Source: Bdellovibrionales bacterium
GTDB lineage: Bacteria; Bdellovibrionota; Bdellovibrionia; Bdellovibrionales; DASUEL01
DNA: 11,900 nt
Assembly (NCBI GenBank): GCA_050250255.1
Contig: JBFWOZ010000068.1
Span: forward strand, 1 to 11,900
Reading direction: 5' to 3'
Below, in pieces: positions 1 through 8,288 of this stretch. The notes under the pieces are model-generated. The model was given only the letters and a program-made list of their open reading frames with translations, was not told where the DNA came from and did no database searches. The stretch's first letter is position 1. Each line of letters starts with the position of its first letter. A program made the translations under genes and the position numbers.

Positions 1-122
1 TACGGTAGGTTGTGACATTCTGGCCTTTGGCTGAGGGTGAGTTTTTTCTTGGTCGAAAATACTTTTCCCTCGGACAAAGGCCTTTTTCAATTCTAATCAA
101 TGCATTAAACCGGACAGCAGTG
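1..122 (-). mobile_element. Left end of a probable IS4-family insertion sequence (IS4Sa/DUF4372-like), with the first 6 codons of a putative transposase (MSQPTV, ATG at 18) running off the window edge
   Basis: Read on the minus strand from 122, the sequence is CACTGCTGTCCGGTTTAA, resembling (from recall) the CAC..TGTCC termini of IS4Sa-type elements. The RCC1 repeat pattern breaks exactly at this base. An ATG lies about 100 nt inside, preceded by a long hairpin (22-82). The other end and any target duplication are outside the window. Confidence 0.65.
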
Positions 123-1142
123 GTTGTTAACAAAGAGAGCGCAGGTACTTCTATAATAAGATTTGATCTCTATTACTTTTTGATCGAAGCCTAGATTTAC
201 AAACGGCAGATTATCTCCCATAGCCTGACTTGATTTACCTCGTTGGGTTGTATCTTCTAGACCAAGCTCTCCGTACACGTTGTCACCCCAACACTTTACA
301 TTCATTGTTGAAGTCAGAGCACAAGAATGCTGAAAACCTAGGGCTAAACTTTTAACAAATATGTTTTGGCCTAAATCGACATAAGGTAGGTTTGTTCCCA
401 TTTGTTCTGGGTTCTCTCCACGATGATCGGCATTCCCAAGTCCAAGCTGTCCCGTCTCATTTAAGCCAAAACATTTTATTTTTCCAGTTTCGAAGAGGGC
501 ACAAGTTGAAAGTAGGCCAATGTCGATTTTTTGAATTCTATCGTTGGTTCCCAAATCAACGAAAGGAAGATTGTCTCCCATGGCTCCAGGTTCAGCGCCT
601 CGGCGCACTCTATCACCTAGCCCAAGTTGTCCATACTGATTACTACCCCAGCACTTCATTCGACCATTCTCGAATAAAGCGCAAGAATGATGAATACCAA
701 TATCAATATTTTTTATTTTTGAATTGCTACCTAAATCAACGTAGGGAAGAGCGTTACCCATTTCGCCAGGCTTCAACCCCCTACTTTTTTGATCTCCTAG
801 TCCCAACTGTCCAATCGTGTTGTCACCCCAACACTTCATGCGTCCATTAGAAAAAACAGCGCAAGTAAATCCACTACCCGCTGAAATGTCTACGACCTCC
901 AAGCCTGAACCTAAGTCAACAAATGGAAGATTATCTCCCATGTCTCCGTTGCTGGTCCCTCGTGGGGACGTGTTGCCCAATCCTAATTGTCCACTTCTAT
1001 TAGCTCCAAAGCACTTCACCTTCCCAGAAACAAAAAGAGCACAGGTATGGTCATCTCCTGAAACAAGCTGCTTGATCGCAGTTGTTGCAAACAAATCTTG
1101 AGTCAAAAACCAAACGATTAGAAAAGAAAATATAGACTTCAT
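105..1142 (-). pseudogene. Secreted RCC1/BLIP-II-type beta-propeller repeat protein, C-terminally truncated by the IS
   Basis: Signal peptide (MKSIFSFLIVWFLTQDLFA) and a GAGG RBS. Five ~60-aa repeats of H(T/S)CALF..G.(V/M)KC(W/F)G.N..GQLGLG. The sixth repeat stops after STCALFVNN and ends in HCCPV*, which is encoded by the putative IS end. Confidence 0.8.
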
Positions 1143-1172
1143 AAAACCTCTAGATCTAAGAAAGACACTTAT

Positions 1173-1697
1173 TTAAGGATTTTTTTTGATTCGATCATAA
1201 GTGAAGAATGTGAACGGAATAGGCTCCTGGCGTTCCCGTCTTTCAACTTCTTGGAATTCATCCATCGGGAGTTCTGGATAAAAGGCATCACCCTTAAAGT
1301 CTTTATGAATCACCGTCAGGTACACGCGATCGGCAATAGGTAGCGTTTGTTTGTAGATCTCCCCGCCCCCACCAATGAAAATCTCGTTTCCGTATTTTTC
1401 AGTTTGAGTTTTGCAAAACTCAATCGCGAGTTCGATAGATGGAAATATGACCGTGTCGGGAGCCTGGAAGTTTTTATCACGAGTAATAACCACGTTCAGT
1501 CGGTTCGGCAGCGCTTTTCCAAGACTTTCAAAAGTTTTTCGACCCATCACTAAGCAGTGACCCGTCGTTTTCTCTTTAAAAAACTTCCAGTCTTCGGGAA
1601 TATTCCAAGGGAGTTTGTTGTCTGAACCAATCACGCGATTTTGTGAACAGGCGGCAATATGAGAAATAATAATGTCGTTCTTTTTAGGGTCGCTCAC
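1173..1697 (-). CDS. folA: Dihydrofolate reductase
   Basis: Motifs [39 protein letters not shown] and IGGG.IY. The GTG start overlaps the thyA stop (GTGA at 1694-1697). Confidence 0.97.
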   Translation of the reverse strand: MSDPKKNDIIISHIAACSQNRVIGSDNKLPWNIPEDWKFFKEKTTGHCLVMGRKTFESLGKALPNRLNVVITRDKNFQAPDTVIFPSIELAIEFCKTQTEKYGNEIFIGGGGEIYKQTLPIADRVYLTVIHKDFKGDAFYPELPMDEFQEVERRERQEPIPFTFFTYDRIKKNP

Positions 1698-2488
1698 ACT
1701 GCAACCTCACCCTTAATAGCAGGGTAAGGTTCGTAGCCCACGATTTCAAAATCTTCAAACTGAAATTCAAAAATCGAATCCACTTTTCGTTTGATGATGA
1801 GTTTTGGTAAAGGCTTAGGCTCACGACTTAATTGTAAATGGGTTTGCTCCATATGATTGCTGTAGAGATGGGCATCTCCAAGAGTATGAACAAAATCTCC
1901 CACTTCAAGATTACAGACGTGCGCTACCATGTGCGTGAGAAGCGCGTAGCTTGCGATGTTAAACGGTACACCTAAAAAAACATCGGCACTGCGTTGGTAA
2001 AGTTGGCAAGAGAGTTTGCCGTTCGCCACGTAGAATTGAAAGAAGGCGTGACATGGAGGGAGGGCCATCTTCTCAAGCTCTCCTACGTTCCAGGCATTCA
2101 CAATTAAGCGGCGAGAGTCAGGATTGGTTTTGATTTGTTCAATCACGTTTTTGATTTGATCGATCGTACCACCTTCGGCGGTTCTCCACTGTCTCCACTG
2201 TGCGCCGTAGACGGGTCCGAGATCTCCATTGTCATCGGCCCATTCGTCCCAAATACTCACTTTGTTATCGCTCAGATACTTGATGTTTGTGTCGCCTTTT
2301 AAAAACCAGAGAAGCTCGTGAATGATGGAACGTGTATGACATTTTTTTGTCGTCACGAGAGGAAAGCCTTTTTGCAAATTGAAGCGCATTTGGTGGCCGA
2401 ACACGCTTTGTGTGCCCGTGCCAGTGCGATCTTCCTTTTTTACGCCTTCAGAGAGAATTCGCTTCATAAGATCGTGATATTGATGCAT
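1694..2488 (-). CDS. thyA: Thymidylate synthase (ThyA), 264 aa
   Basis: Motifs DRTGTGT, ELLWFL.GDTN, MALPPCH (catalytic Cys) and [18 protein letters not shown]. Start moved to the ATG at 2488 (MHQYHDLM), which gives the canonical 264-aa length and removes the overlap with the HD gene. Confidence 0.98.
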   Translation of the reverse strand: MHQYHDLMKRILSEGVKKEDRTGTGTQSVFGHQMRFNLQKGFPLVTTKKCHTRSIIHELLWFLKGDTNIKYLSDNKVSIWDEWADDNGDLGPVYGAQWRQWRTAEGGTIDQIKNVIEQIKTNPDSRRLIVNAWNVGELEKMALPPCHAFFQFYVANGKLSCQLYQRSADVFLGVPFNIASYALLTHMVAHVCNLEVGDFVHTLGDAHLYSNHMEQTHLQLSREPKPLPKLIIKRKVDSIFEFQFEDFEIVGYEPYPAIKGEVAV

Positions 2489-2543
2489 ATGGCTATTGCC
2501 TTTCCCTAGATTTTCTACGGCCTTCACTATAACTTTGCGATTC

Positions 2544-3809
2544 ATGGAAATCAAAGACCCGGTTCATGGAACTTTAGAATTTACGCCCCCCGAAGTGGCA
2601 GTTATTGACTCACCGGCCTTTCAACGGCTGAGAAGCATCAAACAACTGGGGTTTGGGGAGTTCAGCTTCCCAGGCGCAACGCATAATCGTTATATCCATT
2701 CGCTCGGTGCCTCTCATTTGGCCGGCGAAATCTTTGATCAGATCTTTCGCGGCTACCGTTTTAAAAGTAAAGAAACTATGTGGCGCCTTCGCCAAACTTT
2801 AAGACTCGCAAGTCTTCTCCACGACATCGGTCACGGACCTCTCAGCCACACCTCCGAAGAAGTGATGCCGCCGCTAAGTGAACTCGACATCAAGGTTTAT
2901 CCCAAAAAAGAAATTCGCAGATCCAATCACGAAGATTACACGATCAAGTTCATCACCGATTCACCTTTGACCGAAGTGTTGAAAAATAATTTTCCAGATA
3001 TTTCGCCTCTTCATATCGCGTGTTTGATTGATAAAACTCTCAAATGCCCCGATGACTTTTTTAAAGATCAAGATTTGGATTTACGTACGATCTTAAGTCA
3101 GCTCGTCAGTTCCGAGATGGATTGCGATCGCATGGACTATCTGATTCGCGATTCTTATTTTTGCGGAACAAACTATGGAAAGTTTGAACTCACTTGGCTT
3201 ATCAGCAACCTCACGTATCATATCGAAAAAAACCGAGTGCATCTGGCTTTGAATCGCCGAGCGCTTTACACCTTCGATGACTTTTTGATTTCACGACATC
3301 ACATGTATCTCATGGTGTATTTCCATCACAAGAGCATCATCTATGATGAAATGCTCAACAAATATCTCACATCCCCTGAATGTGAATACAGCTTGCCATC
3401 AGATATTAATAAGTATTTAAACTACACCGATCACAACTTGAATGAGCATTTGAAAAAAGCAAAGAACGAATGGGCGCAAAGAATTTCAAAGCACACACCT
3501 TACCGCGTGCTTTTTGAAGTCCACACAAGCGGCGAAAACGATCGGCCTAAAAAGATTCGCGATACTTTAAAGAAGAACGATATTACGAATATTTTCGTAA
3601 GCTCTGAGGCTCGACTTTCAAAATATCATAGCTTGTCAGATGAAGATTCAAATCGCCGAATCTTCGTGGTGGATCAATACGATCGTGGCTCAAAGCCTTT
3701 TCCTCTAGAACAAGGCACCGAGATCTTCCGTATGTACGAGAAAGCTCGACGGATCGAGCGCATCTACGTGCCACCTGAAGAGTTTGTTAAGGCTGAGAGT
3801 TTGATTTAG
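2544..3809 (+). CDS. HD-domain phosphohydrolase, SAMHD1-like (YwfO/EF1143-type) putative dNTP triphosphohydrolase
   Basis: Motifs [56 protein letters not shown] and R.HMY..VYFH. Start taken at the ATG at 2544 (MEIKDPVHG), the usual family N-terminus. Confidence 0.9.
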   Translation: MEIKDPVHGTLEFTPPEVAVIDSPAFQRLRSIKQLGFGEFSFPGATHNRYIHSLGASHLAGEIFDQIFRGYRFKSKETMWRLRQTLRLASLLHDIGHGPLSHTSEEVMPPLSELDIKVYPKKEIRRSNHEDYTIKFITDSPLTEVLKNNFPDISPLHIACLIDKTLKCPDDFFKDQDLDLRTILSQLVSSEMDCDRMDYLIRDSYFCGTNYGKFELTWLISNLTYHIEKNRVHLALNRRALYTFDDFLISRHHMYLMVYFHHKSIIYDEMLNKYLTSPECEYSLPSDINKYLNYTDHNLNEHLKKAKNEWAQRISKHTPYRVLFEVHTSGENDRPKKIRDTLKKNDITNIFVSSEARLSKYHSLSDEDSNRRIFVVDQYDRGSKPFPLEQGTEIFRMYEKARRIERIYVPPEEFVKAESLI

Positions 3810-3848
3810 TTTTACAACCTGTCTTAAGACTAGCTCTTGAATACTTTG

Positions 3849-4418
3849 TTATTTAACTTCGACAACTGAAGGCAAGCAGACGCTTGAAAGGACTCCTGTA
3901 GAAAGCAAGCGAGACAAAAAGTCTTTCGTCTGATCTCGAACCCCATAGTCATAGGAAGGCCAATCTGCCTCAAGTGCAAACTGGATTCCGTTTATCCAAT
4001 ACTTAATGAAATGAGCATCTGGTCCTATTCGCTCCACAACAACATGCTGATAAAGCACCTTTGATCCTTTTTTGATCACGACTGGAACATTATTCCACTC
4101 AGGCTTGTTTTCTATGAGCTTTAGCGTAGCACTATAAGTCTGGGAATAATTAATACTGGTGCAAATAGTAGCCCCCTGCGTACCACTGAAACATTCTTGA
4201 ATGGCCATAGGAACTTTCGCCTTTTTCGAGTTGTTTAAACGTATATCGTTTCCAACCGTCATGATTGTGCCATTGGGAATTTCGCTATAATCTCCCTTTA
4301 ATTCTACAAAGTTTTTTTGCTGACAATTCTCAGTAGGGTTCACATCTGCAACAGCAGAAGCTGACGACAGCCACTGACTCAAGATAACAATGGCAGTGTA
4401 AATTGTTGATGTTTTCAT
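3849..4418 (-). CDS. Hypothetical secreted protein (189 aa, 4 Cys)
   Basis: Signal peptide MKTSTIYTAIVILSQWLSSASAVA and a GGAGG RBS upstream of the ATG at 4418. A sigma54 promoter lies just upstream. No recognisable domain. Confidence 0.75.
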   Translation of the reverse strand: MKTSTIYTAIVILSQWLSSASAVADVNPTENCQQKNFVELKGDYSEIPNGTIMTVGNDIRLNNSKKAKVPMAIQECFSGTQGATICTSINYSQTYSATLKLIENKPEWNNVPVVIKKGSKVLYQHVVVERIGPDAHFIKYWINGIQFALEADWPSYDYGVRDQTKDFLSRLLSTGVLSSVCLPSVVEVK

Positions 4419-4445
4419 AAGCCCTCCGCTCATAGAATTATTGAG

Positions 4446-4462
4446 AGCAGAAACTATGCCAG
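4446..4462 (-). promoter_or_regulatory. Sigma54 (RpoN) -24/-12 promoter for the 3849..4418 gene
   Basis: Minus strand reads CTGGCATAGTTTCTGCT: GG-N10-GC with exact spacing. Predicted start near 4435, just upstream of the RBS. Confidence 0.65.
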
Positions 4463-4523
4463 GAATTCACGAAATTTCCCTGCATAGTTAGCAATACGTT
4501 TGATCTAGAGCTAAGAAGAGAAA

Positions 4524-4544
4524 GGTAGCCTTATAAAGGCTGCC
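4524..4544 (-). terminator. Possible weak intrinsic terminator downstream of the HigBA-type operon
   Basis: Minus strand GGCAGCCTT-TAT-AAGGCTACC (one mismatch), followed by TTTCTCTT. Confidence 0.3.
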
Positions 4545-4560
4545 CTAATTCGGCCTCCCT

Positions 4561-4615
4561 TAGGTACGGACACACTTTTGGGACTCATTGCGTCCCAAAA
4601 GTGTGTCCGTACCTA
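4561..4615. repeat. Perfect 24-bp inverted repeat with a 7-nt spacer (REP/REPIN-like doublet)
   Basis: TAGGTACGGACACACTTTTGGGAC (4561-4584), TCATTGC, GTCCCAAAAGTGTGTCCGTACCTA (4592-4615). Confidence 0.9.
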
Positions 4616-4627
4616 TACAGATGAAGA

Positions 4628-4924
4628 TCAAGAGGCTTTTTCGACTACAACTTTGGTCTTCAATCTAAAAGGTTTTAGAAATGCATCCAAAGTTTCAGTT
4701 TTTAATTTTCGTCTTCCTTTAATGAAAGACACAACATGAGGAGCAGGAATACGGGAAGCCTTTGAGTATTCCTTTATCCCCATCCTTTCGATGGTGTGCT
4801 TAAGAGCGTCTTCTAAATCCAATCCTTCTTCGCCTTCAATGAGCGTTAGCAAAAAGCCTTGAGCGAATTCCATATCTTGAAGTTCTTTACTGAGCTCTTC
4901 GTCATAAGATTTATTTCGATACAT
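4628..4924 (-). CDS. HigA-like HTH antitoxin (addiction-module antidote), 98 aa
   Basis: Directly downstream of and overlapping the toxin. Acidic helical N-terminus ([15 protein letters not shown]) and a C-terminal HTH-like region ([32 protein letters not shown]). Start moved to the ATG at 4924, which has a GGAG RBS. Confidence 0.8.
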   Translation of the reverse strand: MYRNKSYDEELSKELQDMEFAQGFLLTLIEGEEGLDLEDALKHTIERMGIKEYSKASRIPAPHVVSFIKGRRKLKTETLDAFLKPFRLKTKVVVEKAS

Positions 4925-5228
4925 ATTCTCTCCAGTAAGCTTTAGCGTGTACAATATCTCGAGTCTGAGTACTCTTGTCGCCGCCGAGTAAAAGTAAAAT
5001 GATGAAGCGACCTACTTGACCAAAATACACTCTATAGCCAGGTCCAAAATCAATCTTGATTTCAAAAACACCATTTCCTACAGGTTTAACGTTATTTCTA
5101 ACAGCTCCCATTGCAACTCTGTCAGTGAAAGCATAAATTTTGAGGCGGCTCTTCTTATCGAGTTTTGACAACCATTCGAGAAAAGGCTCCCTCTCGCTTG
5201 AGGTCCGATAAAGTTCAATCCGTTTCAC
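4911..5228 (-). CDS. RelE/ParE-superfamily toxin, HigB-like addiction-module killer protein
   Basis: Motifs PF.EWL..LD and [20 protein letters not shown]......[21 protein letters not shown] start with an AAGGAG RBS. Confidence 0.92.
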   Translation of the reverse strand: MKRIELYRTSSEREPFLEWLSKLDKKSRLKIYAFTDRVAMGAVRNNVKPVGNGVFEIKIDFGPGYRVYFGQVGRFIILLLLGGDKSTQTRDIVHAKAYWREYVSK

Positions 5229-5240
5229 AAAACTCCTTTA

Positions 5241-5269
5241 ATATTACATAAATTTATAATTTTAATCAA
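5241..5269 (-). promoter_or_regulatory. Putative sigma70 promoter/operator of the HigBA-type operon
   Basis: Minus strand TTGATT-N17-TAATAT with the palindrome ATAAATTTAT (5248-5257) in the spacer. The region is AT-rich, so a chance match is possible. Confidence 0.4.
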
Positions 5270-5477
5270 TGGGTTTTTAAGCATTACGTGTTTGCTGCTA
5301 GAGAATGCTGCAAATGGAATTGTGCAATTAAAGTTAACTGCAGGATTTTACTGGAGTCTTAGAATCCGAAAATGGAAAAAGACGGACATTCGAAACTGTC
5401 ACACATACTGGCATGTTGTGCCCAGAAAGGCGTCAGGTACCTAAATAGGAATTGGAAATCCAAATAAGACAGATTCG

Positions 5478-7322
5478 TTAGAGCAAGGAAGTTTTATTAA
5501 GAGAGCGGGTGCCGCCTTCGAGGACGACGATGTTGAGATACTGCTGCTCGATGAGCGTTTTGCCGAGTTGAGTGGAAACCGTTCCGTCTTCGCACACAAT
5601 TAAAATTGGAAATCGTTTATCTGGGGTGCGTTTCGCAATCACTTCGAGAGCGTTTTCGAGCGTGACGTGTACCGTGCGTGAATATTGCGGTTGGGATTCT
5701 GGCGCTCTTAAATCAAGAAATAAGAAACTCGATTGGCTTCCAAATAAATTTCGGAATTGAAATGACGTGATAAAATTGATGCTGTTTTCCATGCGTGTCT
5801 TCACGTGTTTTGAAGCGTCGCTTGGAGTTCCACGTGGACGTTCCAGAATTACGATCGGCTTTGGTTCGTCGGCTGATGGTGGAGTTACGGGTTTTATTTT
5901 TTCGGCCGCAGGCTTTTCTGCTTCTATCGCTTGCTTAACGGCTTCTTGTGCTCGCAGTTGCGCGACTTTGGCTTCGGCTTCTTCCGCCAATTCTTTTTTC
6001 ACTTCATCGAGAACTTTGTTTCGCACTTCTTGATTGAGGCCGATGGGTTCCACCGATAATATTTTTTCGGTAGACGCGGTTGGCGTGACCGAAGAAGGGG
6101 TCACTGACTTTTTAGATGTCGAATGATCTGGAATTAAATCGTAAAGTCTTAAGACAATTGGTAAACCCAAGAGCGCCGTAAGACCCGCAACAACAAAGGG
6201 AACTTGCTGACCAAATTGACTATACATCCATCCGCCAAGAGGTGGACCGAGAATACGACCGATCGCCGCCATGCTTTGATTTACGCCCATGATGGCACCT
6301 TGCTCTCGCTCGGAGCAAAGAAGACTCACGCTTCCGTTCAGAGAAGGGCTACGTACGCCAATACCGATGGCCATGATCGTGATCACCATCGCGAGCACCC
6401 ACATGTTCGCCGAAAATCCAATGGCTGCTAAACCGATGCCCGTCAAAATCGTACCGGCAACGATGAGTTTACGCTCACCGAAAATAGGAATGAGTTTTCT
6501 GAGGAGATAGCCTTGCGCGAAGGCCATCATCACACCGACATACGCGAACGCGAAAGAAGCCTTCGCCACATCCCACTGAAATACGTCTTTCACATAGAGA
6601 AATAAAATCGGTTCCATTTGCGCCATAGAAAATACGGCAAGAAAAGACGCAAGAAGTAGTGGTCCCACCACCGGTCGACTGAGGTACTCAAAAGCCATTT
6701 CACTTTTTGAAGGACGCGCCTCGAGAGTTTTGTTCGCGGGTAAACTTTCTTTTAAAACAAAAAATGCAAAGCCCGCATTGAGAAGGCAAATCACACCGGC
6801 AATCACCGCCGAGAAGCTTTCGCCAAAAGGAGGTTCTGTGCCTAAACCCAAACCAACACTTGCTAAGATTCCGCCTAAGAAAGGCCCAAGAACAAACCCT
6901 AAACCAAAAGCAGCGCCCACAAGGCCCATGCCTTTTGAACGCTCATGACTTGGAGTTACGTCGGCAACGTAAGCCATCGCGGTGGAGATGTTGCCACCAA
7001 AAAGGCCCGCGAACGCGCGAGTCGCGTAGAGCATCCAAAGCTCTGTTGAGAAAGCGAAAGCAATGTGCGCAATTCCCGTACCGATCAAACCTAAAATGAT
7101 CACAGGGCGACGGCCGATGCGATCGCTCAGTCTTCCCCAATAAGGAGAAAACAAAAACTGCATGAGAGAGTAAATTCCCATGAGCGCGCCCACTTCAAAA
7201 GGGGTCGCTCCAAAACGTTGTGCGAGATAAGGGTTAAGAGGAATGATCATTCCAAAACCCACGATATCGATAAAGATCGTCAGGAAAATAACGAAGAGAG
7301 GAGACTTTGTTTTTGTCGTCAT
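5478..7322 (-). CDS. TetA/DHA1-like MFS transporter fused through a charged, Pro-rich linker to a C-terminal rhodanese-like domain
   Basis: About 400 aa of 12-TM MFS with motif A (GRLSDRIGRRPV), AYVADVT..ER.KGMG and GAAFGLGFVLGPFLGG. About 110 aa of hydrophilic linker follows. The last ~104 aa contain LDLR, ILIVCEDG..S and Y.NIVVLEGG. Confidence 0.88.
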   Translation of the reverse strand: MTTKTKSPLFVIFLTIFIDIVGFGMIIPLNPYLAQRFGATPFEVGALMGIYSLMQFLFSPYWGRLSDRIGRRPVIILGLIGTGIAHIAFAFSTELWMLYATRAFAGLFGGNISTAMAYVADVTPSHERSKGMGLVGAAFGLGFVLGPFLGGILASVGLGLGTEPPFGESFSAVIAGVICLLNAGFAFFVLKESLPANKTLEARPSKSEMAFEYLSRPVVGPLLLASFLAVFSMAQMEPILFLYVKDVFQWDVAKASFAFAYVGVMMAFAQGYLLRKLIPIFGERKLIVAGTILTGIGLAAIGFSANMWVLAMVITIMAIGIGVRSPSLNGSVSLLCSEREQGAIMGVNQSMAAIGRILGPPLGGWMYSQFGQQVPFVVAGLTALLGLPIVLRLYDLIPDHSTSKKSVTPSSVTPTASTEKILSVEPIGLNQEVRNKVLDEVKKELAEEAEAKVAQLRAQEAVKQAIEAEKPAAEKIKPVTPPSADEPKPIVILERPRGTPSDASKHVKTRMENSINFITSFQFRNLFGSQSSFLFLDLRAPESQPQYSRTVHVTLENALEVIAKRTPDKRFPILIVCEDGTVSTQLGKTLIEQQYLNIVVLEGGTRSLNKTSLL

Positions 7323-7343
7323 TTTATGTCATTTCCTCGTTGA

Positions 7344-8066
7344 TCAAAAATAAACAGAGATTCTTGTCTGCAAGAGATCAAGATGCTGATCTCTTTGTCC
7401 CGATATTCCATAAGAGAGAACACCCTCTACCCCATCACGAATATTCATACGAATTCCGGGAGTCAAGTATCCTAAACGGCCCTGCCCGCTCATCCACTCG
7501 ATGCCGATACTTCCCTCGCCCTCTTGAATGCGTTTCCACGCACCTACAAAGGCTCCAGAAGCTGTTCGAATGCGAGGCTCGTTCCCTGCAAAACCACCAA
7601 TTTCGGTGATCCACTCAGAACCTAACTTATTTTGGAAAGCCAAATAGTACACGTTGTAATCGTAGTAACCTGCGCGCATCGCAAAATGATCAAAACCAAA
7701 TGCGACGGCCCAACCGTGAGTATCGACCTGTTGGTAAGCAAGCTTGCCATGAGTCGATATGGCGTGAAGAGCGGTATCGTAAGTGGGTTCGTTCCAATCA
7801 AAACCAAGCTCGGCCGAGAAGTCATTCGACTCCCAAACGCCTGTGCTCAATCCCCAAATGCTCTGGTGACCACCCGCCGTCGACTTATCCACTGTTTGGT
7901 ACACGCCCAAATCAAACTTCACCTCGCCCTTTACAAGCGTTCTCGTCTGAGGAATCCAATAATCCTGAGAGGGAATCGCCAAAGTTGTTTCGGCAACGAA
8001 TCCAATAAGAAAAAAAAGAAGCGATCGGGTCATAAAAGATGGATTGTTCATAGAAGCTCTCTTCAT
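7344..8066 (-). CDS. Putative outer-membrane beta-barrel protein (start uncertain: 8066, 8051 or 8033)
   Basis: Signal-like segment MTRSLLFFLIGFVAETTLA, amphipathic Gly/aromatic-rich strands and a C-terminal TRISVYF beta-signal. Co-oriented 21 nt upstream of the MFS gene. Confidence 0.65.
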   Translation of the reverse strand: MKRASMNNPSFMTRSLLFFLIGFVAETTLAIPSQDYWIPQTRTLVKGEVKFDLGVYQTVDKSTAGGHQSIWGLSTGVWESNDFSAELGFDWNEPTYDTALHAISTHGKLAYQQVDTHGWAVAFGFDHFAMRAGYYDYNVYYLAFQNKLGSEWITEIGGFAGNEPRIRTASGAFVGAWKRIQEGEGSIGIEWMSGQGRLGYLTPGIRMNIRDGVEGVLSYGISGQRDQHLDLLQTRISVYF

Positions 8067-8136
8067 AGATGTCTTTCCCTTGACTCTACCAGCCATTTGT
8101 CTGAAAAGAAACTTAGTACTTTTATAGGAGGTCCTC

Positions 8137-8244
8137 ATGGCTCGCGGTGATAACAGAAAAACAAAAAAAATGAAGCGCATCAAAAATCGAAATAAGAAAA
8201 TTGCTCGTGAGAAGAAGAAAGTCGCAGCTGCGAAAAAGAAGTAA
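8137..8244 (+). CDS. 35-aa highly basic small protein (MARGDNRKTKKMKRIKNRNKKIAREKKKVAAAKKK), absent from the ORF track
   Basis: AGGAGG RBS (8126-8131) 5 nt before the ATG at 8137 and TAA at 8242-8244. It fills the gap ahead of the co-oriented OMP gene. Lys/Arg-rich. Confidence 0.75.
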   Translation: MARGDNRKTKKMKRIKNRNKKIAREKKKVAAAKKK

Positions 8245-8288
8245 AAACTAGACTCTCGGTTTTCGCAAAATGAGACGATGGATCCTCT

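Noticed and set aside
12..194. 60-aa plus-strand ORF
   Set aside because: It spans the IS/RCC1 junction antisense to both and has no RBS or motifs.
130..1060. ~180-bp nucleotide periodicity considered as a CRISPR or other DNA repeat array
   Set aside because: It is explained by the in-frame RCC1 protein repeats, and there are no identical repeats with unique spacers.
2489..2554. N-terminal extensions of thyA (to 2554) and of the HD gene (from 2496) in the ORF track
   Set aside because: They would overlap head-to-head. The family-typical starts are 2488 and 2544.
4561..4615. Inverted repeat considered as an integron attC site
   Set aside because: It lacks RYYYAAC/GTTRRRY boxes and extrahelical bases, and the window has no integrase or cassette array.
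5478..7322. Calling the MFS gene tetA (tetracycline resistance)
   Set aside because: The similarity is at family level only, there is no adjacent tetR, and the substrate cannot be inferred.
8067..8183. N-terminal extension of the 7344..8183 ORF
   Set aside because: It is the antisense shadow of the Lys-rich 8137..8244 ORF, and the signal peptide lies further downstream.
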